62,087 nt of DNA, filler included, from Chiloscyllium plagiosum (GCF_004010195.1; 4 parts of one record of this genome joined end to end with filler, not necessarily neighbours in it), one strand, 5' to 3'; shown: positions 1-13,159, counted from the first letter of the whole stretch. Made by a program: numbers and translations. Notes: generated by a model not told the origin, from the sequence alone.

Positions 1-340
1 GACTGGGACAACACTACTATTATAGGACAAGCCAAACAGAGAACAGCCAGGGAATTCCTAGAGGCATGGCACTCATCCACAGATTCTATCAACAAACACA
101 TCGACCTGGACCCAATATACCGGCCACTGCAGCGGACAGCTGGAACTGACAACCGGAAACGGCAGAGACAAACCACTATAAATGCTGGAGGAAACATCAC
201 AGAAGCGCTTCACAGGAGGCTCCCAAGCACTGAGGATGTCACCTAGACAGGAGATGAAACGTCTGCAACACAAATTCCCAGATCGGCGAACAGAACCACA
301 ACAACGAGCACCCGAGCTACAAATCTTCTCACAAACTTTG
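1..340 (+). mobile_element. Penelope-like element 3' end (GIY-YIG C-terminus plus pseudo-LTR)
   Basis: Frame 1 reads DWDNTTIIGQAKQRTAREFLEAWHSSTDSINKHIDLDPIY, typical of the PLE endonuclease tail, followed by a hammerhead core. Confidence 0.8.
227..266 (+). ncRNA. Minimal hammerhead ribozyme motif in PLE pseudo-LTR
   Basis: gca-CTGAGGA(230-236)-tgtcacctagacaggagat-GAAA-C-GTC-tgc: core boxes, imperfect stem II, ACGT stem III, GUC site. Confidence 0.65.
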
Positions 341-1839
341 TCTAGCCTTTGTGCTGCAAGTAGGAGTGCATTAAGGGAAGAATGTGGAAAATATTTTCCC
401 AGTACAGGATATGTTTGAGCATTTTTTAATCAAAGTCCTTCAGGGTATTGGGTGCAGGCACTTCCAGGATCGAATAATTATTGATAGTTACATCATAAAT
501 ACCTGAGGCAAATAATTGAACTCTTTGATAAATTGCCTTTCAAGTAGTAACTAAATTTTCTTGATGACTTTACCTGTTAGACTGATTGACCTAATATTTA
601 ACTGAGACCCATGGAAGATTTATCTTATTCTTCTTTCAGTTGCAGGATTCTCAAGTTTAACAAGAAAGCTGGAAAAGGAAGGCAAAACCAAACACAAACC
701 AGAAATGGAATTTCTACAACGCATCAGTTCAATTCCCAATATTGCTTTAATACAACAAGGAAGTAACTTGTTTCTCAACAGCTAACATTTCCTGACTATA
801 CCTTAACATACTGGTGTGAAATCTTCATTATTTCTTTGAGCAAGGTGTTACTTCTCTCCCATTAATTCTTCACCCATGAATTGTTGAGTTGTCATGAACA
901 TCAGCCCTGAATCTATTCAGATCTGGCATGGGTTACTGTGGTTCTCTGATGAAAGTTTTCAAAGTTGCAAGGCATAGGAGTCCTATCCAATTGGTCACAA
1001 ATGATCTCTGGCCTTGAAATGGACCAGCAGACCACCATCTCCCCCTTCCCCAGACTCCCAAATGGGGGAGTTTACAAATAGCGATTCCTTCCCCTTCAAC
1101 TAGTACGTGTGCTGCAGATTTTGGTCATAGTGGATAAGATGCCCCAGCAGACTTGGAGGGCTGGAACAATTTATCAGGAAGCTTAGCAGCCGACTAGAGG
1201 CAGGAACTTGCCTTCTACAGAATTCCTTGCTCCCTCTCCAGCTCCATTGGTCACTATTCCCACCTCCTAAATGAAGCCTTCAGTCTCCCCCCATCTCAGG
1301 CACAGCCTCTCTGTTCTGGAAAATACAATTGGCTTCTCCCTCCCTTGTAAACCCTGATCTGTCCTGGCTCCTGATTAACGGGAACTGTTCCTGGAATCCC
1401 TTCATTGAATTTCTGGGTGTCATGTTGTCTGGTGCAATAACCAGAAAAATGAGAAAGAGGTCCTGCTGTACATTTAGCAGAAAGGCCATATCCTCTGTCC
1501 ATTCTCTGCTGAATCTTAAACATCAGGATCAAGCACCTGACTCCTCATAAACTACAGCTGAAAACCTTTCCAAGTGTTACAATTTAACATTCACTATACT
1601 TCATCCTTAAGCAAGTTTACTGTGCAAGCTAAGTGCTGACCTTCACTGCATTAATAAATTACCTGCAAAGCAATTCTGTCTTAGAATTTTATTTTCATTC
1701 TCCCACCTGTAGCTCTTTTCAAAGGCATCAGCCAAAAGTTAATACTTCAGAATGAAGAATGACCCTATCTTGTGTCTAATTTCCCATTCTTGCAACAGTG
1801 GAAATATGATTTACTGATATCTGCTCTGACACAGTGCTA

Positions 1840-4772
1840 GTGTCTTCTGGTGCAAACGTGACCTGTATAAAAGAGACAGGTTGCACCTGAACTGGAGGGG
1901 GAGCAAAATCCTGTCAGGGAGATCGGATGGATCTACTTGGGAGGGCTTAAATTAATTTGGCATGGGGGTGGGACCCAAAAAAATAGTGAGACAAGGGAGA
2001 AGGTTGAGGCTGATATAAAAGTTAAAAAGAGTAAGTTTAGCAGACAAGGCAGGGAATGGGGGAAATAAATTGCTTTTTTTTTAAAATGCAACAGGTAAGG
2101 CAGATGAACTCAGGGCATGGATGGAAAACTGGGACTGAGATATCACAGATATTATAGAAAAAGGGCTTAATGAGGGACAGTATGACAGCTCAATGGTCCA
2201 GGGTACAAATACTACAAGAAGAATTGAAATGGTGGCAAGAGAGGAAGGGAGTGGTGTTTTTAATTAGGAAAAATGTCAATTCTGTATTAAAAGAGGATAT
2301 TCCTGCAGAATCCTTCAGTGAAGCTATATAGATGGAACTGAGAAATAAGAAGGAGGCGATAACTTTGGTGGGATTGTGCTATAGGCTCTGTAATGGTCAG
2401 TGGGAAATTGAGGATCAAATATATAGAGTGATTACAGATAGCTCGAAGAATAATGGCGTTGTAATTGTAGGAGATTGTAACTTTCCAAACATAGACTGGG
2501 ATGGCCAATGTATTAAGGGCTTGGGATGGGGAGGAATTTGTCTGGTGTGTTGAAGCAAACTTTCTCATTCAAAATGTGGATAGCCCTACTGGAGAAGGGT
2601 AAAACTCAAACCCCTCTTGGGAAATAGGCAGGGTAGGTGTCGGTGGGGGAGCACTAATGACCATAAGTTGATTAGTTTTAAATAGCTATGGAAAAGCTAG
2701 GCCTTGTACACAAGTTAAAGTTCTAAACTGGGACAGTGATACTTCTATTGGCATTAGATGGGGAGTTTCAAAAGTTAATTGGGGTAGGCTGTTTTTAGGT
2801 AAAGGGATATCTGCCAAGTGGGAAGCTTTCAAAATGAGATAACAAGAGTTCAGAGACAGCACATTCCTATGAGTTTGAAAGGTAAACCTGGCAGAAGGAG
2901 GGAACACTGAATGACTAGAGACATTATGGATCTACTCAAAAGAATGGTGGAGGCATATGTCAGATATAGACAGCTGGGATCCAGTGAATCCCTTGAGGGG
3001 TATAGGGAGTGTAGGAGTACACTTAAGATGTAAATCAGGAAGACAAACTGAGAACCTGAGATAGTTTTGGCAGATGAGATAAAGGATAATACAAAGAGAT
3101 TATTTAAATACTTTAAGGGCAAATGAGTGACTAGGGTGAGAATAGGGTCCCTTAAAGATTGATACTACTGACTATGTGTAGAACCATAGGAGTTGGGTGA
3201 GATCCTAAATGAATATTTTGTATCAGTATTTACCACGGAGAAAGATCGGGAAGCTAGGGAAGTCATGGAAGTAAATAGTGATGTCTTGACAAGAGCCCAT
3301 CTTACTGAAAAGGTGGTGTTGCAGGTCTTAAAATACCTAAAGCTTGATAAATTCATGGGACCTTATTAAGTATATCCCAGAACCTAGGGAAGAAAACATA
3401 GATATTTGTATCGCTGACAGCCACAGGTGAGGTACTGGAAGCTGAAAGGTAGCTAATATTGTGCCATTATTAAAGAAAGGCTGCAAGGAAAAGCTAGAAA
3501 ACTACCAGGAAGTAATGGTAAGCCTAATGTCACTGGGGTAAGTTGTTGGAGGGGATTCTGAGGGACAGGACCTACATATATTTGGAAAGCCAAGCATTGA
3601 CTAGGAATAGTCAGCATCTGGTGACTGATGTTCTGAAGAAGGGTCACCAGACCCGAAATGTTAACTCTGATTTCTCTTCATAGACACTGTTTTTCCAACA
3701 ACTTCTGTGTTGGATACAAAATTGGCTTGATGGTATAAGACAGATGGAGGTGGCTGAGAATTGTTGTTTTGACTGGAGGCCTGTGACCAGTGGTGCACAG
3801 CAAGGACTGGTCCCAGGTCCACTGTTGTTCATTACTTGTAGAAGCAATTTTGTTGACAATATAGGAGGCATGGCTAGTAAGTTTGCAGAAGACACCAAAA
3901 TTGGTGGTAGAGTGGACAGTGAAGAACAGTATCAAAGAGTACAATTTAATCTTGGTCAATTGGGCTAGTGGGCTGAGGAGTGGCAGATGGAATTTTATTC
4001 CAATAACTGTGAGGTGTTTTATTTTGGGAAGACAAACCAGGGCTGGATTGGCACAGTTTAATGGTAGATCCTGGGGAATGTTGTCTAACAGAGAGATCTA
4101 GGGGGTGCAGGTGCATTGTTCCTTGAAAGTGGCATCACAGCTAAACAGGGTGATGAAGGTGGCATTTGGCATACTTGACTTCATTAGTCACAGCATGGAG
4201 TACAGGAGTTGGAGCATCATTGTATGGCTGTATAAGACATTGTTGAGGCCACATTTGGAGTACTGCATGCAATTCTGGTCACCCTGCGATGGAAGGATGT
4301 TATGAAGCTGGAAAGGGTGCAACAAAGATTTACAATGGTGTCACCATGACTGGGAGGTTTGAATTATAAGGAGAGACTGGGTAGGTTGGGTCTTTATTTC
4401 TGGAGCATAGGAGGGTTAGGGATGACTTTACAGAGATTAAAAAAAAATAAGAGGGGCATAAATAAAGTGAATAGCCAAGGTAGGGAAGCCAGAACTAGAT
4501 AGCAAAGGCTCATGGTAAGAGGGAAAAGATTTAAAAGAGACTTGAGGATCGACTTTTCACATAGACAGTGCTGAGCATAAGGAACAAGCTGCCAGAGGAA
4601 ATAGTAGAGGCGGGTACAATTGCAACATTCAAAAGACATTGGACAGTTCGCAGATATGAAAGGCTTAGAGAGATTTGGGCTAAGTGAGACTAGTTTGGTT
4701 GAGGAAATTTGGTTTGACATGGACGAGTTGGGCTGAAGGGCCTGTTTCCATGCTGTATGTCTCTACAACTCT
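1840..4772 (+). mobile_element. CR1/HER1-type LINE, decayed (ORF1 end plus ORF2 and 3' tail)
   Basis: Fragments read VIVGDCNFPNIDW (endonuclease), [20 protein letters not shown] and SKFAEDTKIGG (RT), and LYKTLLRPHLEYCMQFWSP. Many stops and frameshifts. Confidence 0.92.
3628..3710 (+). mobile_element. PLE pseudo-LTR fragment with hammerhead core, nested in CR1
   Basis: CTGAAGA-a-gggtc-acca-gaccc-GAAA-tgtt at 3633-3662 interrupts the CR1 RT region. Confidence 0.65.
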
Positions 4773-5729
4773 AGTGTTGTGTGATCAGAGATGAAATTTT
4801 ATTACAGTTAGCATGGGATCTGCAAATCTGGCAGATGTTAATGTTTAACATAATGTTTATCATAAATAATCAGTGTGGGATCAGCAAATTAACCATCGTC
4901 AGACAGACAAGAGTGTCTCACCCTGTGAAATCATTGGAATTCTTCAGGATGTTAATAGTGGGAATTTTAACTTGGAGAAGTTGATCTTTAACTCCCCAGC
5001 CAGATCTGTAATCTACTGATCAGTTTCACTCCTGACTTGGAATAAAAGCTGAGGGTGTCTGGCAATGCTCAGTCAGCCCCTGAGGACAGGTTACAAGCAA
5101 GAAGCAACATCATGGCCAATGAGATTCAGGAGGATCTTGTGTGGGAGGCTGGTGTCTTCGCAGAGGAGAGCTAACCTTTCTTGTTGGGGCAATTACTGAT
5201 TCCATTCCACAAGACATTAGAAAAACTAAGTCTTTCAAACCTTGGATGGTTCCTGGTTCTAGTGGTTTTCCCAGCTAGGATACTCCAAAGGGGAGCAACC
5301 AATGGATTCCCAGTCAGGTCAATTGTTGTAAAATTGATCAGGTCAAAAAATGCTACCAGGTCCCAAAGTGCAGCAACAAAATATAACCCTGCTTTGTCAC
5401 TTGCTACACAAAGTTGTTGCACATCTGAAACTATCAGCACCAGGTCATGTTAGGGTTAAAATTGTTGTTGTGATCTCTAGTTCAGGCTCATTAGCCCCCA
5501 ACCCCAAAATGCCTCTCTCCTGTCTCTGTTCTTGTTGACCTCAGTCACTGGAAATTCCTTTTTGAAGATCCAGAAATCACAAGAGGCAACATAAAAAATA
5601 TAATTTACTTTATTTCATGGCTTTTGGAATGGATATATTCCCTGTAGATCCAGCAACCACTGTCCCTCAGGATACAGAATTCTTGGCGGATCCAAGGTTA
5701 TTCACAATCATTGAAAGAGAACTAGAAGT

Positions 5730-6567
5730 TAGTAACAAATCAAAAATTGCTGGAAAAACTCAGCAGGTCTGGCAGCATCTGTGAAGAGAAATTGGAATTA
5801 ACTTTTTGGATCCAGTGGCCCTTCCTCAGAACTGATAGAAGCTCGGAAAAAAGTTGGGTTTTATGCATAAGATGTAGTGGAGGGACGGAGTAAGGAGTAA
5901 ACAATAGGTAGAGATAGACCCCAAAGAGAGAAGAATGGTTAACAGACAAAGGAGTGGATAACGGTTAGCCTAGGAGAATGAAAGGCTGTTATTAGGGGTT
6001 ATTTGTAGCTTACAGTCGGTTTAGTGTAGGGGCAGAACATGTGATGACAAGGCCTCGTGTATGGGGGTAGGGGAAAGCATGGGGAAGGAGCTTAAGCCAT
6101 AAAATTACTGAACTCAACATTAAGTCCAGAAGGCTGTAGCATTCCAAAGAAGAAAAAGAGGTGTTGTTCTTCCAGCTTGTGCTGGAAGCACTGCAGCAAG
6201 CCTGAGACAGAGATATTGGCCAGAGAACAGGGCGGTGTGTTGAAGTGGCAGGCAACTGGAAGCTCAGGGTCCTTTTTGTGGACAGAACATAGATGGTAAC
6301 CCAGTCTACACTTCATTTCTCCAATGTAGAGGAGAACACATTGTGAGCAGCAAATGGCATTACATTTAACAGAGTGAAGTGCAGATAAAGCACTGATTCA
6401 CATAGGAGGTGTGTTTGGGCTCTTGGATATGGAGGAGGGAGGAAGTAAGAAGACAGGTGCCATACCTTCTGAACTTGCAGAGGATGGTGCAGTGAGGCTG
6501 TGGGGGGTACGTTGAGAGTGAAGGAGGAGTGGACAAGGGTGTCCCAAAGGGAATGCTTCTTACGGGT
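5730..6567 (-). mobile_element. Penelope-like element fragment (GIY-YIG region plus pseudo-LTR)
   Basis: Minus-strand HLCSVHKKDPELPVACHFNTPPCSLANISVSGLLQC; degenerate hammerhead at ~5795-5832. Confidence 0.8.
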
Positions 6568-6837
6568 TACTCCAAAGTGGAGCAACCTATGGGATTTCCA
6601 ATTAGGCCACTTGTTTAAAACTGATCAGGTCATATAATGCTACCAGGTTCCAAAGTGCAGCAACAAAATATAACCCTGCCTTGTCACCTGCTACATAAAG
6701 CTGGTTTATGTCAGAAACCATGAGTTCCTGGTCAAGTTAGGGTAAAATAGCTCCCGTGATCTCAACATCAGTCTCGTTAGCTCAAGATACTGTATCAAAA
6801 TGCGTCTTTGCTGTCTGTCCTGTCTCTTCTGCTAGAC

Positions 6838-6947
6838 AAGCGCAGCAGGTCAGGCAGCATCCAGGGAACAGGAGAATCGACGTTTCGGGCATAAGCCCTT
6901 CTTCATTTCCAGCTCTGATCTCCAGCATCTGCAGACCTCACTTTCTC
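6838..6947. mobile_element. Short fold-back PLE pseudo-LTR insertion with 14-bp TSD
   Basis: TSD ctcttctgctagac at 6824-6837 and 6948-6961. The antisense half carries most of a hammerhead core and is followed by the sense terminus ctgcagacctcactttctc. Confidence 0.85.
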
Positions 6948-7629
6948 CTCTTCTGCTAGACCCCAAACATTGGAAATATTTTGGAATCCTGAGGTCACCG
7001 GAGGCATTATGAAAGTATTAATTGTTTTATTTCATAGCTTTTGCAATGGATATATTCCCTATAGATCGAGCAACCACTGTCTCTCAGCATGTGATGTGGA
7101 CTGCTCATTTTGGGACACTGGGTTGGAAATTTTCATGTTAGGATTCAGAAATCTTGGCCTATCCGAGATCGCTCACAATCATTGAAAGAGAACTCACCAT
7201 TACTTCCTGGTTTGTTATGTCAATGCCAGGGATGCCTGAGCAGATCCAGTAAGCTCATTGTGTGACTAGCCTCATTCTGCTTTTAAACATGACTTCTTGA
7301 ATGTCTGTCTCAGGCTGGATATTTCTCTACAACACAGGGAACATTGCATTGAGAAGAGAATTCCACATCATCTACTGAGGGACAACTGGGATGGACAATA
7401 AATGTTAGCTTTATTGCAATACTCACATTGCCTGAACAATTTAACAAAGGATTCAGTTAGTTATTAAAGAGGAAGAGACTGACCTGTGACATAAGCCACC
7501 CATGTCCTTGTTGACCAACATTATTCATCAATGTGTCAAAATTAGAATTTTGCTCCTCACTTTCAACTTGCTGCATAATCTCATATCATCCTGACCCAAA
7601 TTACCAGAGGTGAGGATGTGTGTCATAGG

Positions 7630-8760
7630 AACATAGGTTGATAAGATTTAGGAGCAGGAATAGATCATTTGGCTCTTCGATCCTGCTCCACCAATCAACA
7701 AGGTCATGGCTGATTGGGCTGAGATCATATCTCCATATTCCTATCTTCCCTGCTTGACAATTGACTTTCTTGTCAATCAAACATCTGTCTCACTCAACCT
7801 TGAATTATTGTGTAGACTAAGTTTCAATTACATTCGAGTAAAGAGGCTTATGCATTAGCAACCCACCTGAGAGAAAAACATTTTTCTTTACCTCTGTCTT
7901 AAAATAGATACCTCTTGTTAAGCTATTTCCATTAGTTGTTGTCCCCACGACAAGAGGAAACAATCTCCAGATATCTATTCTATCAAAACCCTTGAGGATC
8001 TTGCATGTTTCACTAAGATCATTCCTCATTCTTGCAACGTGCTTTGGATATTCATTCAAACTGTTCAACCTTTCTTTAAAAGATAACCCTTTCATCCAGA
8101 GTTGTATTTAGTGAACCATCTCTGAGCTGCTTCTCAATATATTTCTTTCAAATAAGGAAACCACGACTGTGCATAGGACTCCGAATGTGATCTCACCAAT
8201 GCCCTGTACAGTTACAGTAAAAGTTACCTACTTTGACATTCCATTCCTTTTGCAATAAAAACCAATAACATTCTGTTGTCCTACCGAATCACTTGCTGCT
8301 CAAGTGTATGTTAACTGATGTGAATCATGTACCAGAACATCCAGAACTCTCTGTACAAACAGTTTCTAATACTTTCATTTGAATTGGATGGTGCTTTTCT
8401 ATTCTTCCGACCAAACTGGCAAAGTTCACATTTACCTACTTCATCTTCCATCTGCTAAACCTTTGTCCACTCCCTAAGCCTATCTGTAGACCTTTATTGA
8501 TTCACTACCTCTTCTTGCCAAGTTACCTTCTTGTCTATCTCATTGTCATTGGCAAATTTGGCTCCCATTCATTCAATCCCCTCATCCAAATCATTGATAA
8601 AACTTATAAATAGTTGAGGCTGTAACACTAAGTCCCCATGGAGTTCCACTAATGACAGTTTACCAATTTGAAACATTTATCCCTTTATCCTATTTAATCC
8701 CTTTTATCCCCACTCTCTACTTCCTATTATACAATTAATCCTCTATCTGTGCTAATATTT
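7630..8760 (-). mobile_element. Old CR1-type LINE 3' portion
   Basis: Minus-strand MKGLSFKERLNSL...ETCKILKGFDRID, plus CR1-like 3' UTR. Confidence 0.7.
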
Positions 8761-8799
8761 TAATCCCCTATATTATATGCTCTTATCTAATGCAATAAT

Positions 8800-9098
8800 G
8801 CAGTAATACTAGAGGGCACACATTTAAGGTGAGAGGGGAAAGTTCAAAGGAAATGTGAGAGGCAACATTTTTACACAGAGAGCGGTAGGAATTTGTAACA
8901 TGCTGCCAGGGATGGTGATGGAGGCTGATATGATTGGAGTATTTCAGGGACTTTTAGATAAGCTCATGAATATGCAAGGAATGGAGGGATATGAATCAAG
9001 GACAGACAGAGGGATGCCAAACATTAATTTGGCATCATGTTCGATACAACATAATGGGCCAAAGAGCCTGTTCCTGTGCTGCACTGTTCTATGTTCTA
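8800..9098 (+). mobile_element. CR1-type LINE 3' end
   Basis: RGNIFTQRAVGICNMLP; ends with gggccaaagagcctgttcctgtgctgcactgttctatgttcta. Confidence 0.8.
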
Positions 9099-9609
9099 AG
9101 TGGCACCTTATCAAATGCCTTCTGAACAACCAAGTGAGATAAAGGATTAGATTTCTTATTATTTGCTACCAGGGATTCCTAAAATGAATCTAGTCGATCT
9201 ACTCAATTTGAATTGCACTGCATTATACATCATATTATATATTCTTCTGTACTAAGTCATATTTCACTTTCAATGAACTCCTTAGAACTAACTAAGCAGT
9301 TTGGTTTAACCCTGTGGATCTAAGTTTTGTTTGAGCCATAAAGGTCTGGAGATTTAGTTGGCGAGGTTACGTATCCTTAAGGTATCTTATTAGAATTCTG
9401 CCAAAGAATTTCAAAAGTCAGAGTAAGCTTTCCATGGCCAACATTACCATCTAGTGGCAAAACACAGTATGGAACAAGTTCTTACCCGTTTGGAAACACA
9501 GCACACTGTAGATTATTCAGTTCGAACCCTGAACAAATCCCTTAATGTTCTACTTTGATTTCATGAGCACTGCAGGAAAGAGCTGGTTAGTATTTTCCTA
9601 TACATATTT

Positions 9610-9742
9610 TTTCTATTATAAATTCTGTGTCCTACAACCTTACACTCCACAACCACCTATGTAGGAGTAGCATTCCGAAAGCTAGTGCTTCCAAATAAAC
9701 CTGTTGGACTATAACGTGGTGTTGTGTGATTTTTAACTTTAT
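9610..9742 (+). mobile_element. PLE pseudo-LTR fragment (degenerate hammerhead)
   Basis: Matches 27475-27603 (ccgaaagctagtgcttcc...cctgttggactataac...gtgatttttaacttt). Confidence 0.8.
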
Positions 9743-9934
9743 GCATCACTGAGGTGCTGCACATCAGCGATGTGGCTGCGCCTGTGGAAGTCTGTGCATT
9801 GGCTCCCAGTGCTGCCACACAGTTTAAAGGGAATGTTGGTTCTGGCATGTCTCAGTCCATTCCCCACGAGTGTTTTAAGGGCCTTCTTCACTCTGACATC
9901 ATGAATACAGCTAGCCACTAGAAAGAAGAAATGA

Positions 9935-10200
9935 CAATAGTGGTTAGCATGGCTGCCTCATAGCATCGGGGACCTCAGTTCAATTCTAGCCTTGGGCAAC
10001 AGTGTCTGGAGAATTTGCATGTTCTCCCCGTGTCTGTTTGGGTTTTGTCCTGGGTGCTCTCGTTTCCTCCTGCAGCCCACTGGCATGTAAGTTAAGGTGA
10101 ATTGGCCAATTTGGTTGTGGGTCTGGGTGGGATGCCCTTCAGAGGGTTGGTGTAGACTCAATGGGCCAAATGGCCTCTACCTGCACTGTAGGGATTCGAT
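9935..10200 (+). mobile_element. HE1-type tRNA-derived SINE, diverged
   Basis: agtggttagca...ttcaattc head, tttgcatgttctccccgtgtctg core, CR1-derived tail. Confidence 0.8.
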
Positions 10201-10969
10201 TAACATTAAAATATGCAAATTATAAAGACTGATTGATTGCTTCAAAATAGAACTGCAGCAATTCCAATGGATTTGTTCCCCAGTGTTGGTGTTGTCTCTT
10301 ACTGGTCTGTCCCTTTTGCACAAAAAGTAGAGCAAGCCTTTTGGTATGATCCATATAGCACTCACAGAGTTTGAGAGTTGAAACCAGCCAAATAAAGTTT
10401 TCTGGGAGATTATATTCCTGCAGCTTGGTCTCTGTTGTAGTATTCATAATGATATTTTAAACAGAGAAGGAACATCAAAGTTTATTACATGGAAATGGAA
10501 AGAAAACAACTGTATTAAACTATACCAGAACTATTTGAAACATTTCTATTCCAGATACCAGAAATAAAATCAACCATTTTACCACCCCCACACCCCCACC
10601 CCCACCACTAACCTTGCAAGTACTTAAACCTCGGTGAGGGTCACCCTGTTTCTACTTTAAAGTTTCTTATTCAACTTTACATGGTTTCTTTCTAGCAAAC
10701 TTTGACTTTTACTTAATGCTAGCTTCGTTAGTTAACATCTCTTCACCAGATCACTCCAAAAGAACAGATAACACAGCTCAGGTCTTCCTTAACAAATTCC
10801 TTACAACCATGCATTCAACAGCCCTATAAGATGTCTTCTCGCAAGATACTTTAATATCTTCTGTTTCTTGAGCTTTACCTCTTAATAACTTGTAAGCTAA
10901 TTAAGAATTTGTTTTAGCCCAAATTGCTTTGGAGTCATTTTAAAATTTGAGTTTTTAAATTTAAATTTG

Positions 10970-11271
10970 AATTTTTAAATTTTAATTTTAAATTTCTATT
11001 TTTAAATTTATGTTTTTTTCTAAATTATACCCCTGCTTTTACAGGCCTTTTCTTCCCAGATGTTCTGCTTGTCCCTGAAATAAGCCTAACTATTCATAGC
11101 TCTCACTTTCTAAAAAGGAAAATTTTTAAATTTTAATTTTAAATTTCTATTTTTAAATTTATGTTTTTTTCTAAATTATACCCCTGCTTTTACAGGCCTT
11201 TTCTTCCCAGATGTTCTGCTTGTCCCTGAAATAAGCCTAACTATTCATAGCTCTCACTTTCTAAAAAGGAA
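10970..11271. repeat. Perfect 151-bp tandem duplication
   Basis: 10970-11120 appears identical to 11121-11271. Confidence 0.9.
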
Positions 11272-11789
11272 CTTGTTTCTGTCTCTGTCTCACTGTGTGA
11301 TAGCAGCCTATTTTGTTGCCTTCTTGTACACTTTATTTTCTAAAGTACCGAACAATTCGCCTCAAGATTTCTTTTGAAAGATCTCATTGAAAAATGAAAC
11401 CACCTGGAACCACTCACAGAACTAGTCTAAAATGGAATTAAAACTATGTCCTTCCCTTCTGAACAGACACAATATAGAAATATAGATCAATCTTACAGCT
11501 ATACAAATCTCTGTCCATTTTAGAAACTGAACTTCGAAATAGTATTAATGTTCATTACAAGCCATGGATGCTTTCAACGTCTTATTTTCAATATGTAGAT
11601 TCCAAACTTTACAGCTTGCAGAGTTGAGGATAAGCTTGGAGAATCTTAAGATTGAACAACAAAAGAGCTTGAACAGTTCACTAATAAGTGATAGTTGGAG
11701 CAGTCTAACTACCTGCAGGAGATCATTGGTTTGAAATTCCAGTTATAGACAGTAATTCATGCACTTTAACAGTGTACGGTAACTTAACA

Positions 11790-12390
11790 AGAATGGCTTA
11801 TAGAAAAATAGAAAGAAACTTTGGAAACTCTTCAAAGAGTCAGCAAGGCAATATAGATGGGTTATTTATATTTTCAAAAAGAGAAGATTGGTATTTAACA
11901 AGGGAAACTTTGAGAAAGTTTTGTTCTCCTTATTTAAACAGGGATATCATTGTATTGGAAACAATTCAGAGAAGGTAACTGAGATGAATGATGAGGAAAT
12001 TATGTCATGAGAGGAAAGATTGAGCAGGTTGGAGTGGATAGTTTGGAATATTAAAGAATTGAGAGGAGTCTTGACATAACTAATACTGAGATAATACTTC
12101 CTCTTCCACGGAATTAAAGATAAACGGCATGTAAGAGATGAGGAAGAATTTCTTCTCTTGATGTCATTAGCCTATCGAAAAGTCTACCTTAAAGTGTATT
12201 GGAGGATTGTTCATTGATTACATTCAAATCCAATTCAGACAGTATTTTGTTTCTCATGGGGTAAAGGATCATGGGGACAGACAGGAAAGTGGATTAGAGG
12301 TCACAGTCAGAAATAACCATGACCTTAATGAGTAGTAGAGCATACTCAGTGGGCTGAATGGCCTACACTGCCTCTATTTTATGCTCTTAT
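11790..12390 (+). mobile_element. Old CR1-type LINE 3' fragment
   Basis: SPYLNRDIIVLETIQRR and tail gggctgaatggcctac. Confidence 0.65.
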
Positions 12391-12572
12391 ATCTTCAGAT
12401 CACACAAATTAATGTTTTTAATACAGCGATTACTGGAATAAAATCCATCTTGATTAACCAATCAGGGCTGACNNNNNNNNNNNNNNNNNNNNNNNNNNNN
12501 NNNNNNNNNNNNNNNNTTAATTAATTAANNNNNNNNNNNNNNNNNNNNNNNNNNNNNNNNNNNNNNNNNNNN

Positions 12573-12985
12573 TTATTTCCAGGAATATTTTGTACCCAGA
12601 AAAATTGAGGAGCAATTCCCCCCTTTTCAAGCCAGGTCTCAGTTATTATCTTGGTTGCACATGACTACGTATACCTGCAGCTCATCAACCTAATGAATCA
12701 CATCATGTGTATTGACACAGATGTACCTTAAATTAGGCTTCTTTGTACTTTCTATGATCTCACCTAATTCTGTCTTATCTCTAACTTCACTCCCACTACA
12801 ACGTGCATCTGGGGGGTTTCTCATTTTTTAATATTACATGTTAGTGTTCTACTCCCTGCTGAATTAGTTCACCTTCCACTCCCCCAATGACTAATAAACT
12901 TGCCCACAAGGACAGTGATCCCAGCTCTGTCGGCGTGTAACCAGACAATCTTGTACAGGTCCCACTGGCTGCATTTAATGTCTTC
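12573..12985 (-). mobile_element. CR1-type LINE fragment (ORF1 end / ORF2 start)
   Basis: Minus-strand WDLYKIVWLH resembles the ORF1 end at ~1860; ataactgagacctggctt (ITETWL) marks the endonuclease start. Confidence 0.6.
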
Positions 12986-13159
12986 TGAAGCGCTCCCTGT
13001 CGCAACATATCTCCAGTCAGATAATGACATTTGATACCTTTCTTTATGCAATCTCAGGAGATGAAAGGTGAGAAGCGTGGAGTCAACGAGGGCAGTTTCA
13101 GTGGTTGAGAAGACAGATGGAATCATTGTCAAGGCATCAGAGTGGCTGAAAGGTGTTGG

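Larger units (their letters stand above)
5280..7195. repeat. Diverged direct duplication (5280-5723 vs 6568-7195) flanking a PLE
   Basis: Shared blocks: tactccaaag, caaagtgcagcaacaaaatataaccctgc, aatggatatattccct, cacaatcattgaaagagaact. Confidence 0.85.

Noticed and set aside
5280..7195. The duplicated blocks as LTRs of the enclosed element
   Set aside because: No TG...CA ends, PBS or PPT, and the enclosed sequence is a PLE with its own pseudo-LTR.
10970..11271. Perfect 151-bp tandem duplication as a biological event
   Set aside because: Zero divergence and a length matching a common short-read length suggest an assembly or gap-filling artefact; long reads are needed.
12473..12572. Palindromic ttaattaattaa centred in N runs (also 42506-42605 and 55281-55380)
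   Set aside because: An artificial 100-bp scaffolding spacer with stops in all six frames, not biological sequence.
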